Shown here piece after piece: positions 8,083-17,144 of a DNA stretch of 64,000 nucleotides. Each line of letters starts with the position of its first letter. Within the stretch, counting starts at the first letter, position 1. The position numbers and the translations under genes were made by a program. Below the pieces are notes generated by a model. That model had not been told where the DNA came from. It worked only from the letters and a program-made list of their open reading frames with translations, and did no database searches. The DNA is from a virus. The stretch is from the IMG/VR virus record IMGVR_UViG_3300032294_002823; one strand, given 5' to 3'.

Positions 8083-9156
8083 ATGGCATCCGATTTACGT
8101 CCCGCGGAATTGTTTAAATATGATTGGCGTGTAGAGAAGTTTCTAGAAAAATATAAAACAAAAAGTGCCTTCACCACCACGGACAGAAAACAGGTGGTGC
8201 TTCTCCCACAAGAACACATCATTGCTCTCATAGAAGCGCGCAACACCTTGGAGATGAACAAAGCCCTACTCGTCACCGAGAAAGGTGTCGGGATGAAACT
8301 CTCTCAGTTACAAAAGACGGCTGAGTTTGGAGGCAAAGGGGGTGCCGTGGGCACTGTGGTGGCTAGTCCCTCAGGAGAGGCGGTACATGGATTATTGGCG
8401 CGAATGCATCACTTGGATACACGATATGCATTGAACGCACCCACCGCCACGGAGCGCGGTGAATTAATGGTGTTACAAGACATTAATCAATACATTTTAA
8501 AGTTGGAAACCCCAATTGATGTGAACATTGGGGGCAAGGTGTATAAAAACATTTATGGTGCCAACAAAGTGAAGGGCACACCCAAGGCGGACATTACATT
8601 GGTTTCATTCAATGACACCACAAAGAAATTTCAGGATGTCTATTTTCTATCACATAAATTAGGTACGGACTCCAGTGGGTTCCAACAATATTCAGGCGTG
8701 AGTGCCGATGCCGATGGTAGTAAACCTGGCGCCATTAGTCAACATCCAGAAGTGTTGGCATTTCTCCGACAATTGGCAGAAGTGTATGATGCCATTGTTG
8801 ATGGGCGCCAACGATTTTATGCCGATATTAAAGATGATGCATTAATAGGGAAGGCGGTGTATGGTCCGGAATTCAGTGGGTATGGTAGACATGCCGATAA
8901 CGTGAACATGATTGCCCAAGGTAACCCAATTCTGCGCCCACAGGGCAATACCCATGCCCTATCATTTTCTGCTGTGGCATCATCATTTTCCACAGACATT
9001 TCTCATTTTAAATCCAATGGGTATAAAGCCATATTGGGTGCTCGATATGGTGCCGACAGAAAATTTCAAGTGGATGGAAAAGTGTATAACCATGTGCGCG
9101 TGGGCATCATGCCCATAAAGTTGCTGGGGAGTAACGCCAAACCAATTGGCTCTTGA
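8083..9156 (+). CDS. Putative PD-(D/E)xK-fold nuclease-like protein
   Basis: GTPKADI...FLSHK motif, FQQYSG. Confidence 0.55.
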   Translation: MASDLRPAELFKYDWRVEKFLEKYKTKSAFTTTDRKQVVLLPQEHIIALIEARNTLEMNKALLVTEKGVGMKLSQLQKTAEFGGKGGAVGTVVASPSGEAVHGLLARMHHLDTRYALNAPTATERGELMVLQDINQYILKLETPIDVNIGGKVYKNIYGANKVKGTPKADITLVSFNDTTKKFQDVYFLSHKLGTDSSGFQQYSGVSADADGSKPGAISQHPEVLAFLRQLAEVYDAIVDGRQRFYADIKDDALIGKAVYGPEFSGYGRHADNVNMIAQGNPILRPQGNTHALSFSAVASSFSTDISHFKSNGYKAILGARYGADRKFQVDGKVYNHVRVGIMPIKLLGSNAKPIGS

Positions 9157-9180
9157 CAACGAGAAGAACAGTTATATATT
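9153..9180 (+). promoter_or_regulatory. sigma70-type promoter
   Basis: TTGACA (contains upstream stop codon)-16 bp-TATATT. Confidence 0.6.
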
Positions 9181-9207
9181 TCATATATACTTTCACTGGG
9201 AGATATT

Positions 9208-9420
9208 ATGCGTACTTGTGCTCGATGCAAATCCATGATTCCACAATCTCGGTTAGACATTCTGCCTGACACACAAACATGTGTGGGATGTTCGGGTGTT
9301 CAGAAATATGTAGGCGCCATGGTGTATGACCACAAGACGGCAGGACGATTGGAATTTGTCCGCCCAGAAAACACACAAGCAGTACAAACTTTAATTCGTT
9401 TTGTTAACCGAGGACGATAA
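9208..9420 (+). CDS. DksA/TraR C4-type zinc-finger protein
   Basis: CARC..IPQSRLDILPDTQTCVGC. Confidence 0.8.
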   Translation: MRTCARCKSMIPQSRLDILPDTQTCVGCSGVQKYVGAMVYDHKTAGRLEFVRPENTQAVQTLIRFVNRGR

Positions 9421-9740
9421 TGAATATTCACGTAACTGATAACGCTATCACAGAACTCCGTGCCAACAAGGAGCATGATGTGCAACATTATCGCATGGGT
9501 GTGATGCCCGGCGGATGTTCAGGATTTAAGTATACACTCATGTTGGAAGATGTTGCTGCCGATGATGATGTGCTCATTGATGCCGCCGCCGATGTGAAAA
9601 TCATTGTTGATCCTTTCTCAGCACAATATCTTGAAGGTGCTGAATTGGATTATGTCAAGACATTGACGGAATCCGGATTTACATTTAAAAATCCCAACGC
9701 CACAGGCGGATGCGGATGTGGGTCAAGTTTCTCGGCATAA
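9420..9740 (+). CDS. iscA: A-type Fe-S cluster carrier (HesB/IscA family)
   Basis: GGCSG and GCGCGSSF motifs. Confidence 0.92.
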   Translation: MNIHVTDNAITELRANKEHDVQHYRMGVMPGGCSGFKYTLMLEDVAADDDVLIDAAADVKIIVDPFSAQYLEGAELDYVKTLTESGFTFKNPNATGGCGCGSSFSA

Positions 9741-9759
9741 CTACACATAGGATTATATT

Positions 9760-10782
9760 ATGATTAAACATGCAGACATTGTAATTGATTTACAGGCAGG
9801 TGACACAGGAAAGGGTAAGGTGTCACATCATTTGGCAAAACAGCGTGACTATGATGTAGTCTTACGTTTCAATGGCGGCGCCAATGCCGGACACACCATC
9901 TATCATGAAGGACAAAAGGTGGTGACACATCAAGTTCCTGTGGGGGTGTTCTACAACATTCCCTGCATTATTGGTCCTGGGTGTGTCGTAAATATTCCAG
10001 CCTTGGTTGAAGAAATTAACATGTTGAAGAAGTTGGGATTTGAAACCAACATTTATGTTGATAAGCGTTGTCACATCACGGCACCCGCCCATATTGCCGA
10101 AGATGGTCAAGATAATAAAATTGGGACAACACGCCAAGGCATTGGTCCCACCTATCGGGACAAGTATGCCCGTACAGGAAATCGTCTGGGTGATTTAGTT
10201 ACATTCAATGATTTCACTCGACCCTATGGCGTAATTGATGTTGCTCAATATTTTTTTCAGATGCCGCGTGAATTAACTGTATTGTGTGAGGGAGCTCAAG
10301 GATTTCAAATTGACATTGATTGGGGAGATTATCCCTATGTCACAAGTTCACATTGCACGACCGGTGCCGTGGCATTGAATGGTATTGCTCCGCGCACATG
10401 GCGCAATGTGTATGGTGTCATGAAGGCATATGAAACCTACTCAGGATTTAAAACACATTACACGCAAGATGATGCTGTGTTTACATCCATTCAAGAAGTG
10501 GGGCAAGAATTTGGCGCCACGACAGGCAGAAAGCGACAGGTGCGTTGGTTACATCTTGATGATGTCATCCAAGCCATGCATGTGAATGACGTTACAGATT
10601 TAATTATCAACAAGGTGGATGTATTGGAAGTAGTGGGTGTGTTTGGTGTTGTGCATCAAGGAACAAATCATATGTTCCGTAATGTTGATGATTTTAGGCG
10701 ATTTGTAGAAAGGACAATTCGTAATGAATATAAGTATAAACTGAATAGCATTGTTTGGTCAACTTCACCGGAGACAGTATGA
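9760..10782 (+). CDS. purA: Adenylosuccinate synthetase (short type)
   Basis: QAGDTGKGK, GGANAGHT, GTTRQGIGP, EGAQG, YPYVTSS, GATTGRKR, NKVD. Confidence 0.92.
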   Translation: MIKHADIVIDLQAGDTGKGKVSHHLAKQRDYDVVLRFNGGANAGHTIYHEGQKVVTHQVPVGVFYNIPCIIGPGCVVNIPALVEEINMLKKLGFETNIYVDKRCHITAPAHIAEDGQDNKIGTTRQGIGPTYRDKYARTGNRLGDLVTFNDFTRPYGVIDVAQYFFQMPRELTVLCEGAQGFQIDIDWGDYPYVTSSHCTTGAVALNGIAPRTWRNVYGVMKAYETYSGFKTHYTQDDAVFTSIQEVGQEFGATTGRKRQVRWLHLDDVIQAMHVNDVTDLIINKVDVLEVVGVFGVVHQGTNHMFRNVDDFRRFVERTIRNEYKYKLNSIVWSTSPETV

Positions 10783-11552
10783 AAATTTTAGTTATGGGAT
10801 TACCTGGTTCAGGCAAGACCACCTTGGCAAAGGTGCTTGCTGAAAAGCTCAAGGCGGCATATTTCAATGCCGATGAAGTGCGTAAGATGTTCAATGATTG
10901 GGACTTTTCAGAAGAAGGAAGAATTCGTCAGGCTTCACGCATGCGCGACTTATCACATGTAGCCAACACGGAATATAGTGTTGCTGATTTTGTATGCCCC
11001 ACACCAGATACGCGCTGGGCATTTGAACCTGATTTCGTCGTGTTCATGAACACCATTGAGGCAGGACGATTTGAAGATACCAATAAGGTGTTTATTCGCC
11101 CAGATTTTGTTGATGTTGAAATCACAGCTTGGGGCGATGTAAATGTTCAGACAGATGACATTGTTGCCAAGATTGAAAAGACATTTGCTCCGAAGCCTGT
11201 GTTCGATTGGAAGGCACCCACGGGATTGATGATTGGACGTTTTCAACCCTTCCATGATGGTCATGTGAAGTTGTTTGAAACCATCTTGGAAAAGGAAGGG
11301 CAGGTATTGATTGGTATCCGTGACACTCACGGCACGGATGCAAAGAATCCGTTTACTTCATATGAAGTTGAAACTTTCATTGATGAAAAATTGCGCGACA
11401 AGTATGAAGGACGGTATCACATCTATTATCTTCCTAACATCACCGGTGTGTATTATGGGCGAGATGTTGGGTACAAGGTGGAACAAATTCATCTAGATGC
11501 CCAAACAGAATCCATCTCGGCAACTAACGTGCGTAAGGAGATGGGATTGTAA
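10779..11552 (+). CDS. Adenylyl-sulfate kinase-like domain fused to HxGH nucleotidyltransferase domain
   Basis: GLPGSGKTT, NADEVR, DWDFSEEGR; GRFQPFHDGH, YGRDVGY, ISATNVR. Confidence 0.8.
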   Translation: MKILVMGLPGSGKTTLAKVLAEKLKAAYFNADEVRKMFNDWDFSEEGRIRQASRMRDLSHVANTEYSVADFVCPTPDTRWAFEPDFVVFMNTIEAGRFEDTNKVFIRPDFVDVEITAWGDVNVQTDDIVAKIEKTFAPKPVFDWKAPTGLMIGRFQPFHDGHVKLFETILEKEGQVLIGIRDTHGTDAKNPFTSYEVETFIDEKLRDKYEGRYHIYYLPNITGVYYGRDVGYKVEQIHLDAQTESISATNVRKEMGL

Positions 11553-11767
11553 TGGTTCAGCGTAAACGACACATTGCTAAAGCCATTAGTTGGCGAATAC
11601 TAGGTACTATAGACACCATGATAATTGCCGGATTAATTTCCGGCAGTTGGAAAATTGGTGTATCAGTTGGCGGTGTGGAAGTCATCACAAAGATTGCCTT
11701 ATATTATTTCCATGAACGTCTATGGTATAATTATGTTCCCTTTGGTCTAGAAAAAGACAACGATTAA
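11552..11767 (+). CDS. DUF2061 membrane protein
   Basis: RHIAKAISWR...YYFHERLW. Confidence 0.85.
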   Translation: MVQRKRHIAKAISWRILGTIDTMIIAGLISGSWKIGVSVGGVEVITKIALYYFHERLWYNYVPFGLEKDND

Positions 11768-12405
11768 TGTTCTGTATTGTTTCCTTACCTAGAACCTCGT
11801 CTACCTACACATATCACTTGTTATATGGTAGTGTCATGATGGTGAATCCAGGTGCTGTCCGAACTCCTTTATCAAGTAAGTTTTCTGCATTCAATCCTAG
11901 ATATACGCAGAATATAGATGCTAAAGTGAAAAAAATTTTAAGCAGTAATCCTTTACCGCTGATTAAAATCATCTCCAATCACGATTTTTCCATCGTGAAT
12001 AAAGTACTAGAAAGTAACTACACTACAGTATTCATTGAACCACACAACTTACAAAAACAGATATTGAAAGTTTTAGTCGCAAAAAAGACCGATACATTTG
12101 TTAACAAAGATGAACGAAAAAATTATAAAGGAACAGTAGTAATTACTGCTGATGAAATATTACAAAGATTTGAATATTACACACAACACATGTCATTTAA
12201 ACATAGATGTGATTATCATTTCACTGATAATTTCATTGTAAATAATCCTGATGAAGTACAACAAGTTCTACAACTGCCTGTTATAAAAACTAAATATACG
12301 TACACTCCATTTGAAATATCAGATGAAGAAATGCTTGAAAATGTGACTGATTTTTATTCGCTATATGATGAACTTTCAATGGAATATTTTGGAGAGATAA
12401 AATGA
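11767..12405 (+). CDS. Sulfotransferase-like P-loop protein
   Basis: N-terminal SLPRTSSTY resembling the PAPS-binding loop. Confidence 0.5.
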   Translation: MFCIVSLPRTSSTYTYHLLYGSVMMVNPGAVRTPLSSKFSAFNPRYTQNIDAKVKKILSSNPLPLIKIISNHDFSIVNKVLESNYTTVFIEPHNLQKQILKVLVAKKTDTFVNKDERKNYKGTVVITADEILQRFEYYTQHMSFKHRCDYHFTDNFIVNNPDEVQQVLQLPVIKTKYTYTPFEISDEEMLENVTDFYSLYDELSMEYFGEIK

Positions 12406-12620
12406 ACGGTAAAGGAGATAGGCCCAGACCATTGAGTGTAGATAAAAACACCTACAATGACAATTGGGATAGAATCTTTGGTACACAAGAAGAAATTTGT
12501 GAGTATAGCGGATTACCTAACACGGAGAGTTATAATGCATCCAAACGAAGTGCAACTTACACGGGAGAATATCCCAGAATTGATGAAGATGGCAACCGAA
12601 TTGAGCGCGAACCATGTTAA
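12402..12620 (+). CDS. Conserved small phage protein
   Basis: GKGDRPRP...NWDRIF motif. Confidence 0.7.
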   Translation: MNGKGDRPRPLSVDKNTYNDNWDRIFGTQEEICEYSGLPNTESYNASKRSATYTGEYPRIDEDGNRIEREPC

Positions 12621-12674
12621 TGCTCTCAAAGAACAAATCATTAGACAAGGATTGTCTTAACAATACAAAGTAAA

Positions 12675-13337
12675 ATGATAACGAATCCCCCTTTCATTGC
12701 ATATTTTTCAACGCCGCCGGGTATTTTATTGGTATCGGCCAATAAATGTGCTTCCACATTTTTAGATGGACTTCTAATAAAAAGAAAGGGGTTCAAAAAA
12801 CTTTCTGTTACAGATGATAGTTCTAATGAACTATTAAATGATCCCTCTTTATATAAGAAAATTTTTATATACAGAGACCCCATTGATAGATTTATAGGTT
12901 GGTATAATCTTTATGCCTATACGCCGTTCATTGAAGATGCAGCTGAATATCCACTAACGTATAAACAGCTACACTCAGAGGCATATAAACACATATCATA
13001 CAGAAGAAATATGATAGAAAATATTCATTATTTTTTATCTTTATATTCTGAGAATGACTTAAAAGAATTGTTAAAATGGGATACACACACCGTCCCATTA
13101 TCGACATATTTTGAGTATACAAATTGTTCCATGGATGATTATCACATACTCGACATGTATAACTTATCCCAATTCACTCAGGATAGATTTGGTGAATCAT
13201 CACAATCCTATAGTTCTAAAAATATTCAACTCACTACATCAAATATTGTTTTGTTAAATAGAATTCGTGACATTATATACCCACTATATCAACAAGACTA
13301 TGATGTGTTATACCCTAAAGTTAAACCTTATTATTAA
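12675..13337 (+). CDS. Sulfotransferase family 2-like protein
   Basis: KCASTF, IYRDPIDRF, DTHT, YQQDY motifs. Confidence 0.65.
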   Translation: MITNPPFIAYFSTPPGILLVSANKCASTFLDGLLIKRKGFKKLSVTDDSSNELLNDPSLYKKIFIYRDPIDRFIGWYNLYAYTPFIEDAAEYPLTYKQLHSEAYKHISYRRNMIENIHYFLSLYSENDLKELLKWDTHTVPLSTYFEYTNCSMDDYHILDMYNLSQFTQDRFGESSQSYSSKNIQLTTSNIVLLNRIRDIIYPLYQQDYDVLYPKVKPYY

Positions 13338-13355
13338 TTGCACTAAGGAGAAATA

Positions 13356-13448
13356 ATGCCACATCCACACAAGAACCGTCCACGTAAAGGACGGCGAAAG
13401 GTTGGTAGCAAAAAGCGTCGAGCACGCAATATTCGTAGAAAGAGATAA
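13356..13448 (+). CDS. 30-aa Arg/Lys-rich peptide MPHPHKNRPRKGRRKVGSKKRRARNIRRKR (not in ORF track)
   Basis: TAAGGAG SD, ATG 13356, TAA 13446-13448. Confidence 0.7.
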   Translation: MPHPHKNRPRKGRRKVGSKKRRARNIRRKR

Positions 13449-13564
13449 TGGCGAATAAATATATCGCTGAAGTTTGGCGTAAGATAAAGAATAAGAAAAC
13501 AGGAACCGTGAAGAAGGTTCGCGTGAAACCACATCTTCGAAAACCAAAAAAGACAAAAAGTTAA
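13448..13564 (+). CDS. 38-aa Lys-rich peptide (not in ORF track)
   Basis: TAATG coupling; MANKYIAEVWRKIKNKKTGTVKKVRVKPHLRKPKKTKS. Confidence 0.55.
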   Translation: MANKYIAEVWRKIKNKKTGTVKKVRVKPHLRKPKKTKS

Positions 13565-13569
13565 CGCTA

Positions 13570-14136
13570 ATGAATCTCATTCAACCACTTAACGGAAACA
13601 TCGGAGTCTTATTATCAGGTGGTATGGATAGTGCAGTAATGTTATATCTTATAGCAAAGGAAGCTCCGTCATGTATTCAACCTTTTACGGTTGCCAAGCA
13701 TGACGGAGCTTCCATGTATGTTCAACCCATAGTAAACTGGATTTCTAAAAGATTGCATGTTTCAATAAACGATCCTATTATTATTGGAAATCCAAATTTA
13801 CCTCATGATGAAATTATAGGGGATGTTTTGAATCGTGTTATTCGACATAATTTAGCTGATGTTTTTTATGTCGGTGACAACATCTACCCTAAAAATGAAT
13901 TACCAGGTGGTCCTAATAGAGTAAAATATCATGATAGTAAGGTTATATATCCACTATTTCATTTAACCAAAATAGATATAGTTCAGTTATATTTGACGCA
14001 CAATCTAATGGATTTATTACCACTCACACATACATGTACTGAACAAAAACTTGGGCGATGTAACGTTTGTTGGCAATGCAAAGAGCGCGCTTGGGCATTT
14101 AAACGCTGTGGACTGGAAGACTTGACAACTACATAA
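13570..14136 (+). CDS. QueC-like PP-loop ATPase
   Basis: SGGMDS; THTC...CNVCWQCKER. Confidence 0.75.
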   Translation: MNLIQPLNGNIGVLLSGGMDSAVMLYLIAKEAPSCIQPFTVAKHDGASMYVQPIVNWISKRLHVSINDPIIIGNPNLPHDEIIGDVLNRVIRHNLADVFYVGDNIYPKNELPGGPNRVKYHDSKVIYPLFHLTKIDIVQLYLTHNLMDLLPLTHTCTEQKLGRCNVCWQCKERAWAFKRCGLEDLTTT

Positions 14137-14150
14137 TAGGATGTTATATT
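14122..14150 (+). promoter_or_regulatory. sigma70-type promoter for uvsE cluster
   Basis: TTGACA-17-TATATT with TGn extension. Confidence 0.75.
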
Positions 14151-14177
14151 ACAATATGACTCTAATCGTGAGGTGTT

Positions 14178-15086
14178 ATGCCACATCAGGTAGGTTACTG
14201 TTGCATCAATGTCACACTAGGTAAGCAAAAAATCACCACTGGGCGGACGATGCGCCAGGCCTCATTCCAACAGGATACAGGTTTGGTTCGCACGTCCGCT
14301 TTAGCCTTACAGAATGCCAAGGACTTGGTGACTATCTTGAATTGGAATGTTGCAAATAACATTAAGGTGTTTCGTATTGGCAGTAACATCTTCCCATGGA
14401 ATTCAGAATATGTGATTGATGATTTACCTGACATGGTTGACATTGTAGATGTCATGAAGGATGCCGGTAAAATTATTCGTGACAGCGGTCAACGTGTCTC
14501 ATTTCATCCTGACCATTTTGTCAAACTCGGTACTGTGAAGGATGAGGTGGCTCGGCGTTCCATTCATGACTTGAATCATCACAATGATTTGATGACCATG
14601 ATGCAATTACCTGCCAATCATTATTATCCACTAAATATTCATGTCGGGATGAATTACAGTAAGGATGTTATTGACCGATTCATTGACCGATTCCATATGC
14701 TCAAGGAAGATACACAAAAGCGATTGGTTGTGGAGAACGATGACAAGGCGAATGCCTTCTCGGTTAAGCAATTGTATGATGACATTTATTCACAAATCAA
14801 TACACCCATCACCTTTGACTATTTTCATCATACCTTTCATCCTGATGGTATGACAAGTCATGGTGCCGCGCATTTGGCATCAACCACGTGGGATTGTACA
14901 CCGCTGTTTCACTACAGCGAAAGTAAAAATCTCAATGAGAATGTACAGGGCAATCCTCGTGCCCATTCTGATTATGCATTCAACTTCATTGATGATTATG
15001 GACTAAATATTGACATAGACCTTGAGACCAAGGCGAAAGAACTTGCACTGATGAAATATCGGGAGATACAACATGAAATGGTATAG
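14178..15086 (+). CDS. uvsE: UV DNA damage endonuclease
   Basis: GYCCIN, SFHPDHF, NIHVG, VENDDK, FDYFHH, HYSES, AHSDY, ETKAKE. Confidence 0.92.
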   Translation: MPHQVGYCCINVTLGKQKITTGRTMRQASFQQDTGLVRTSALALQNAKDLVTILNWNVANNIKVFRIGSNIFPWNSEYVIDDLPDMVDIVDVMKDAGKIIRDSGQRVSFHPDHFVKLGTVKDEVARRSIHDLNHHNDLMTMMQLPANHYYPLNIHVGMNYSKDVIDRFIDRFHMLKEDTQKRLVVENDDKANAFSVKQLYDDIYSQINTPITFDYFHHTFHPDGMTSHGAAHLASTTWDCTPLFHYSESKNLNENVQGNPRAHSDYAFNFIDDYGLNIDIDLETKAKELALMKYREIQHEMV

Positions 15087-15339
15087 AAGTGAAACTAACA
15101 AGAAGTTTGGGGGAGTATGTGGCGGTATTGGTGAGATGTACGATTGGGATGTTACTGTCGTACGCATTGCAGCATTTTGCCTATTGTTCACCCCGGTACC
15201 CATTGTGATTGCATATTTTGCCGCCTGGTTCATCATCCCCACAAAAGGAGAACTAGATGCTGGCAACACTATCACTAGCAGTGATGCTACAACTCGCAGC
15301 AGCAGAACCAAAGATAAAAAAGAATTTCTTGCCGGGTAA
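15073..15339 (+). CDS. PspC-domain membrane protein
   Basis: YRSETNKKFGGVCGGIGE...VVRI...AYFAAWFIIP. Confidence 0.85.
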   Translation: MKWYRSETNKKFGGVCGGIGEMYDWDVTVVRIAAFCLLFTPVPIVIAYFAAWFIIPTKGELDAGNTITSSDATTRSSRTKDKKEFLAG

Positions 15340-15781
15340 GGTTCCCCGTGACACAACAAAAAATTATGTTGTTATTCATAATGATGGAGGGAATTTAAAT
15401 GCGAGTGCAACACGATTGGTTTTACGGGCAAGAAAATTGGCATACCATTATTTCATCCAAACTGATGGGTCAATTTTTCAATTCATGGATTTAAGCCATA
15501 GTGCAAAACATGCAGGCGATTCACGTTGGGGTGGTATGTTTGGTTGGAATGGCTTTAGCATAGCCATTGCACTACAAGGAACAAATTCCACCAATTATAG
15601 CTGTAAGCAGTACGAGAGCTTGAAAAATTTATTATCTTATATTAGATTGCGGTATCCTGATAATGTTGAGAAACCCATACTAGGTCATTCAGATATTGCA
15701 TGGCCTCGGGGTAGAAAACATGACCCAGGGAAAAACTTTGACTTGAGGAATATAGAACATGACTCTACCTGCATCACCTGA
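15257..15781 (+). CDS. N-acetylmuramoyl-L-alanine amidase (Amidase_2) with N-terminal signal-like segment
   Basis: VVIH, AYHYFI, HAG, GHSDIA..RKHDPG; AAAGGAG SD. Confidence 0.85.
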   Translation: MLATLSLAVMLQLAAAEPKIKKNFLPGKVPRDTTKNYVVIHNDGGNLNASATRLVLRARKLAYHYFIQTDGSIFQFMDLSHSAKHAGDSRWGGMFGWNGFSIAIALQGTNSTNYSCKQYESLKNLLSYIRLRYPDNVEKPILGHSDIAWPRGRKHDPGKNFDLRNIEHDSTCIT

Positions 15782-16019
15782 AGATAAGCTGAAGTTACTT
15801 GACGCCTTAAAGGAAATTTCAGCCAGCATGACCCGCGTTGAGGCGGAGCGTGACCTGATGAAAACATTAAAGAACGATATCTGCGACGACCTACAATTGA
15901 ATCGTAAGGTGCTCAACAAGTTGGCACGCACCTATCACAAGGGTAATTACAGTGAAGAAGTTGAACTGCATAAGGATTTTGAGCAGTTGTATGAAACTGT
16001 AACCAAGAAGGCGTCATAA
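15759..16019 (+). CDS. T4 DsbA-like dsDNA-binding protein
   Basis: EISASMTRVEAERD...KLARTYHK pattern. Confidence 0.75.
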   Translation: MTLPASPEDKLKLLDALKEISASMTRVEAERDLMKTLKNDICDDLQLNRKVLNKLARTYHKGNYSEEVELHKDFEQLYETVTKKAS

Positions 16020-16020
16020 T

Positions 16021-17031
16021 ATGGTCAAGTTGGATTTTGATGATGTCTTAATTGTACCACAATTTTCTGACATTACATCACGTAGTCAGGTAGATGTGAC
16101 TACAACAATCCAAGGCAGGTGGGGCACATCCATCACGGGTGTCCCCATCATTGCTGCCAATATGGATGGTGTCGGTACATTTAGTATGCATCGTGCATTA
16201 AAGAAGTTCGATATGTTTACTGCCATCACAAAACATCACATGTTAGATGATTGGATGGTGCAAGAAGATATCTCCCATGCCTTCTTAACAATTGGTATGA
16301 GTGATGATGACCTGTGTAAGGCGGTAGATGTGTCACAATATATGCGCAACAAGGGACTGAAGCCGAAAATTGTCATTGATGTGGCGAATGGTTACATGAA
16401 CACCTTCTATGATTTCGTTTCGCGTGTGCGCGAGAGCATACCTGACGCCTTCATCATGGCAGGAACCGTAGTTACACCTGAGGCAGTTGAGCGTGTGATC
16501 CTGTCAGGCGCAGATTTAGCGCGGGTGGGCATTGGAACCGGTGCTGTATGTACTACACGGCGTGTTGCGGGTGTGGGTTATCCGCAATTTTCTGCTCTCA
16601 TGGAGTGTGTTCCTGCTGCTGAAGGCGTAGGAGGCGGTGTTCAGAGCGACGGCGGGTGTGTTTTTCCTGGTGATTTCTCAAAAGCACTAGCCGTGGGAGC
16701 ACAAATGGTGATGGCAGGCAGTATTTTTGCCGGTCATGATGAGTCTGAACAAGAAATCCGTGATGGAAAAGTGACTTTTTACGGCATGAGTAGCCATGCA
16801 GCTCAAAAAAAGCACAATCAAGTGAAAAATTACCGTGCTTCCGAAGGGCGGGTCGTACAAATCCCGTACAAGGGACTGGTGGAACACACTGTTATTGATA
16901 TTTTGGGTGGAATTCGTTCAACGTGTGCCTATATTGACGCGATAAATATCTCAGAAATGCCTGAAAAGGCACAATTCATCCAAGTAAACAATGTCCTTAA
17001 CCGCTCTTTAGAGCAATACACGGTGCGATGA
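16021..17031 (+). CDS. guaC: GMP reductase
   Basis: KLDFDDVLI, AANMDGVGT, IDVANGY, GIGTGAVCTTR, FYGMSS, YRASEG. Confidence 0.92.
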   Translation: MVKLDFDDVLIVPQFSDITSRSQVDVTTTIQGRWGTSITGVPIIAANMDGVGTFSMHRALKKFDMFTAITKHHMLDDWMVQEDISHAFLTIGMSDDDLCKAVDVSQYMRNKGLKPKIVIDVANGYMNTFYDFVSRVRESIPDAFIMAGTVVTPEAVERVILSGADLARVGIGTGAVCTTRRVAGVGYPQFSALMECVPAAEGVGGGVQSDGGCVFPGDFSKALAVGAQMVMAGSIFAGHDESEQEIRDGKVTFYGMSSHAAQKKHNQVKNYRASEGRVVQIPYKGLVEHTVIDILGGIRSTCAYIDAINISEMPEKAQFIQVNNVLNRSLEQYTVR

Positions 17032-17141
17032 TGAAAATTATAGATAAAATTGTTGATTGGCTCATAGAAAAACTTTATAACTACAAATTAAAGCGAAGAA
17101 TGGAAGATATTCGAAAGAAAGATCCTTTCATTTATCCATAA
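17028..17141 (+). CDS. Small protein ending KKDPFIYP (not in ORF track)
   Basis: ATGA overlap with guaC; 37 aa open frame. Confidence 0.55.
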   Translation: MMKIIDKIVDWLIEKLYNYKLKRRMEDIRKKDPFIYP

Positions 17142-17144
17142 GTT

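Noticed and set aside
9760-10782. PurZ / 2-aminoadenine (Z) genome
   Set aside because: Catalytic Asp is retained (GDTGKG, not GSTGKG), with TTGRKR Arg and GTP-type NKVD; this fits PurA
13570-14136. Complete 7-deazaguanine DNA modification pathway
   Set aside because: Only divergent QueC-like genes are present; no folE, queD, queE or dpdA in the window
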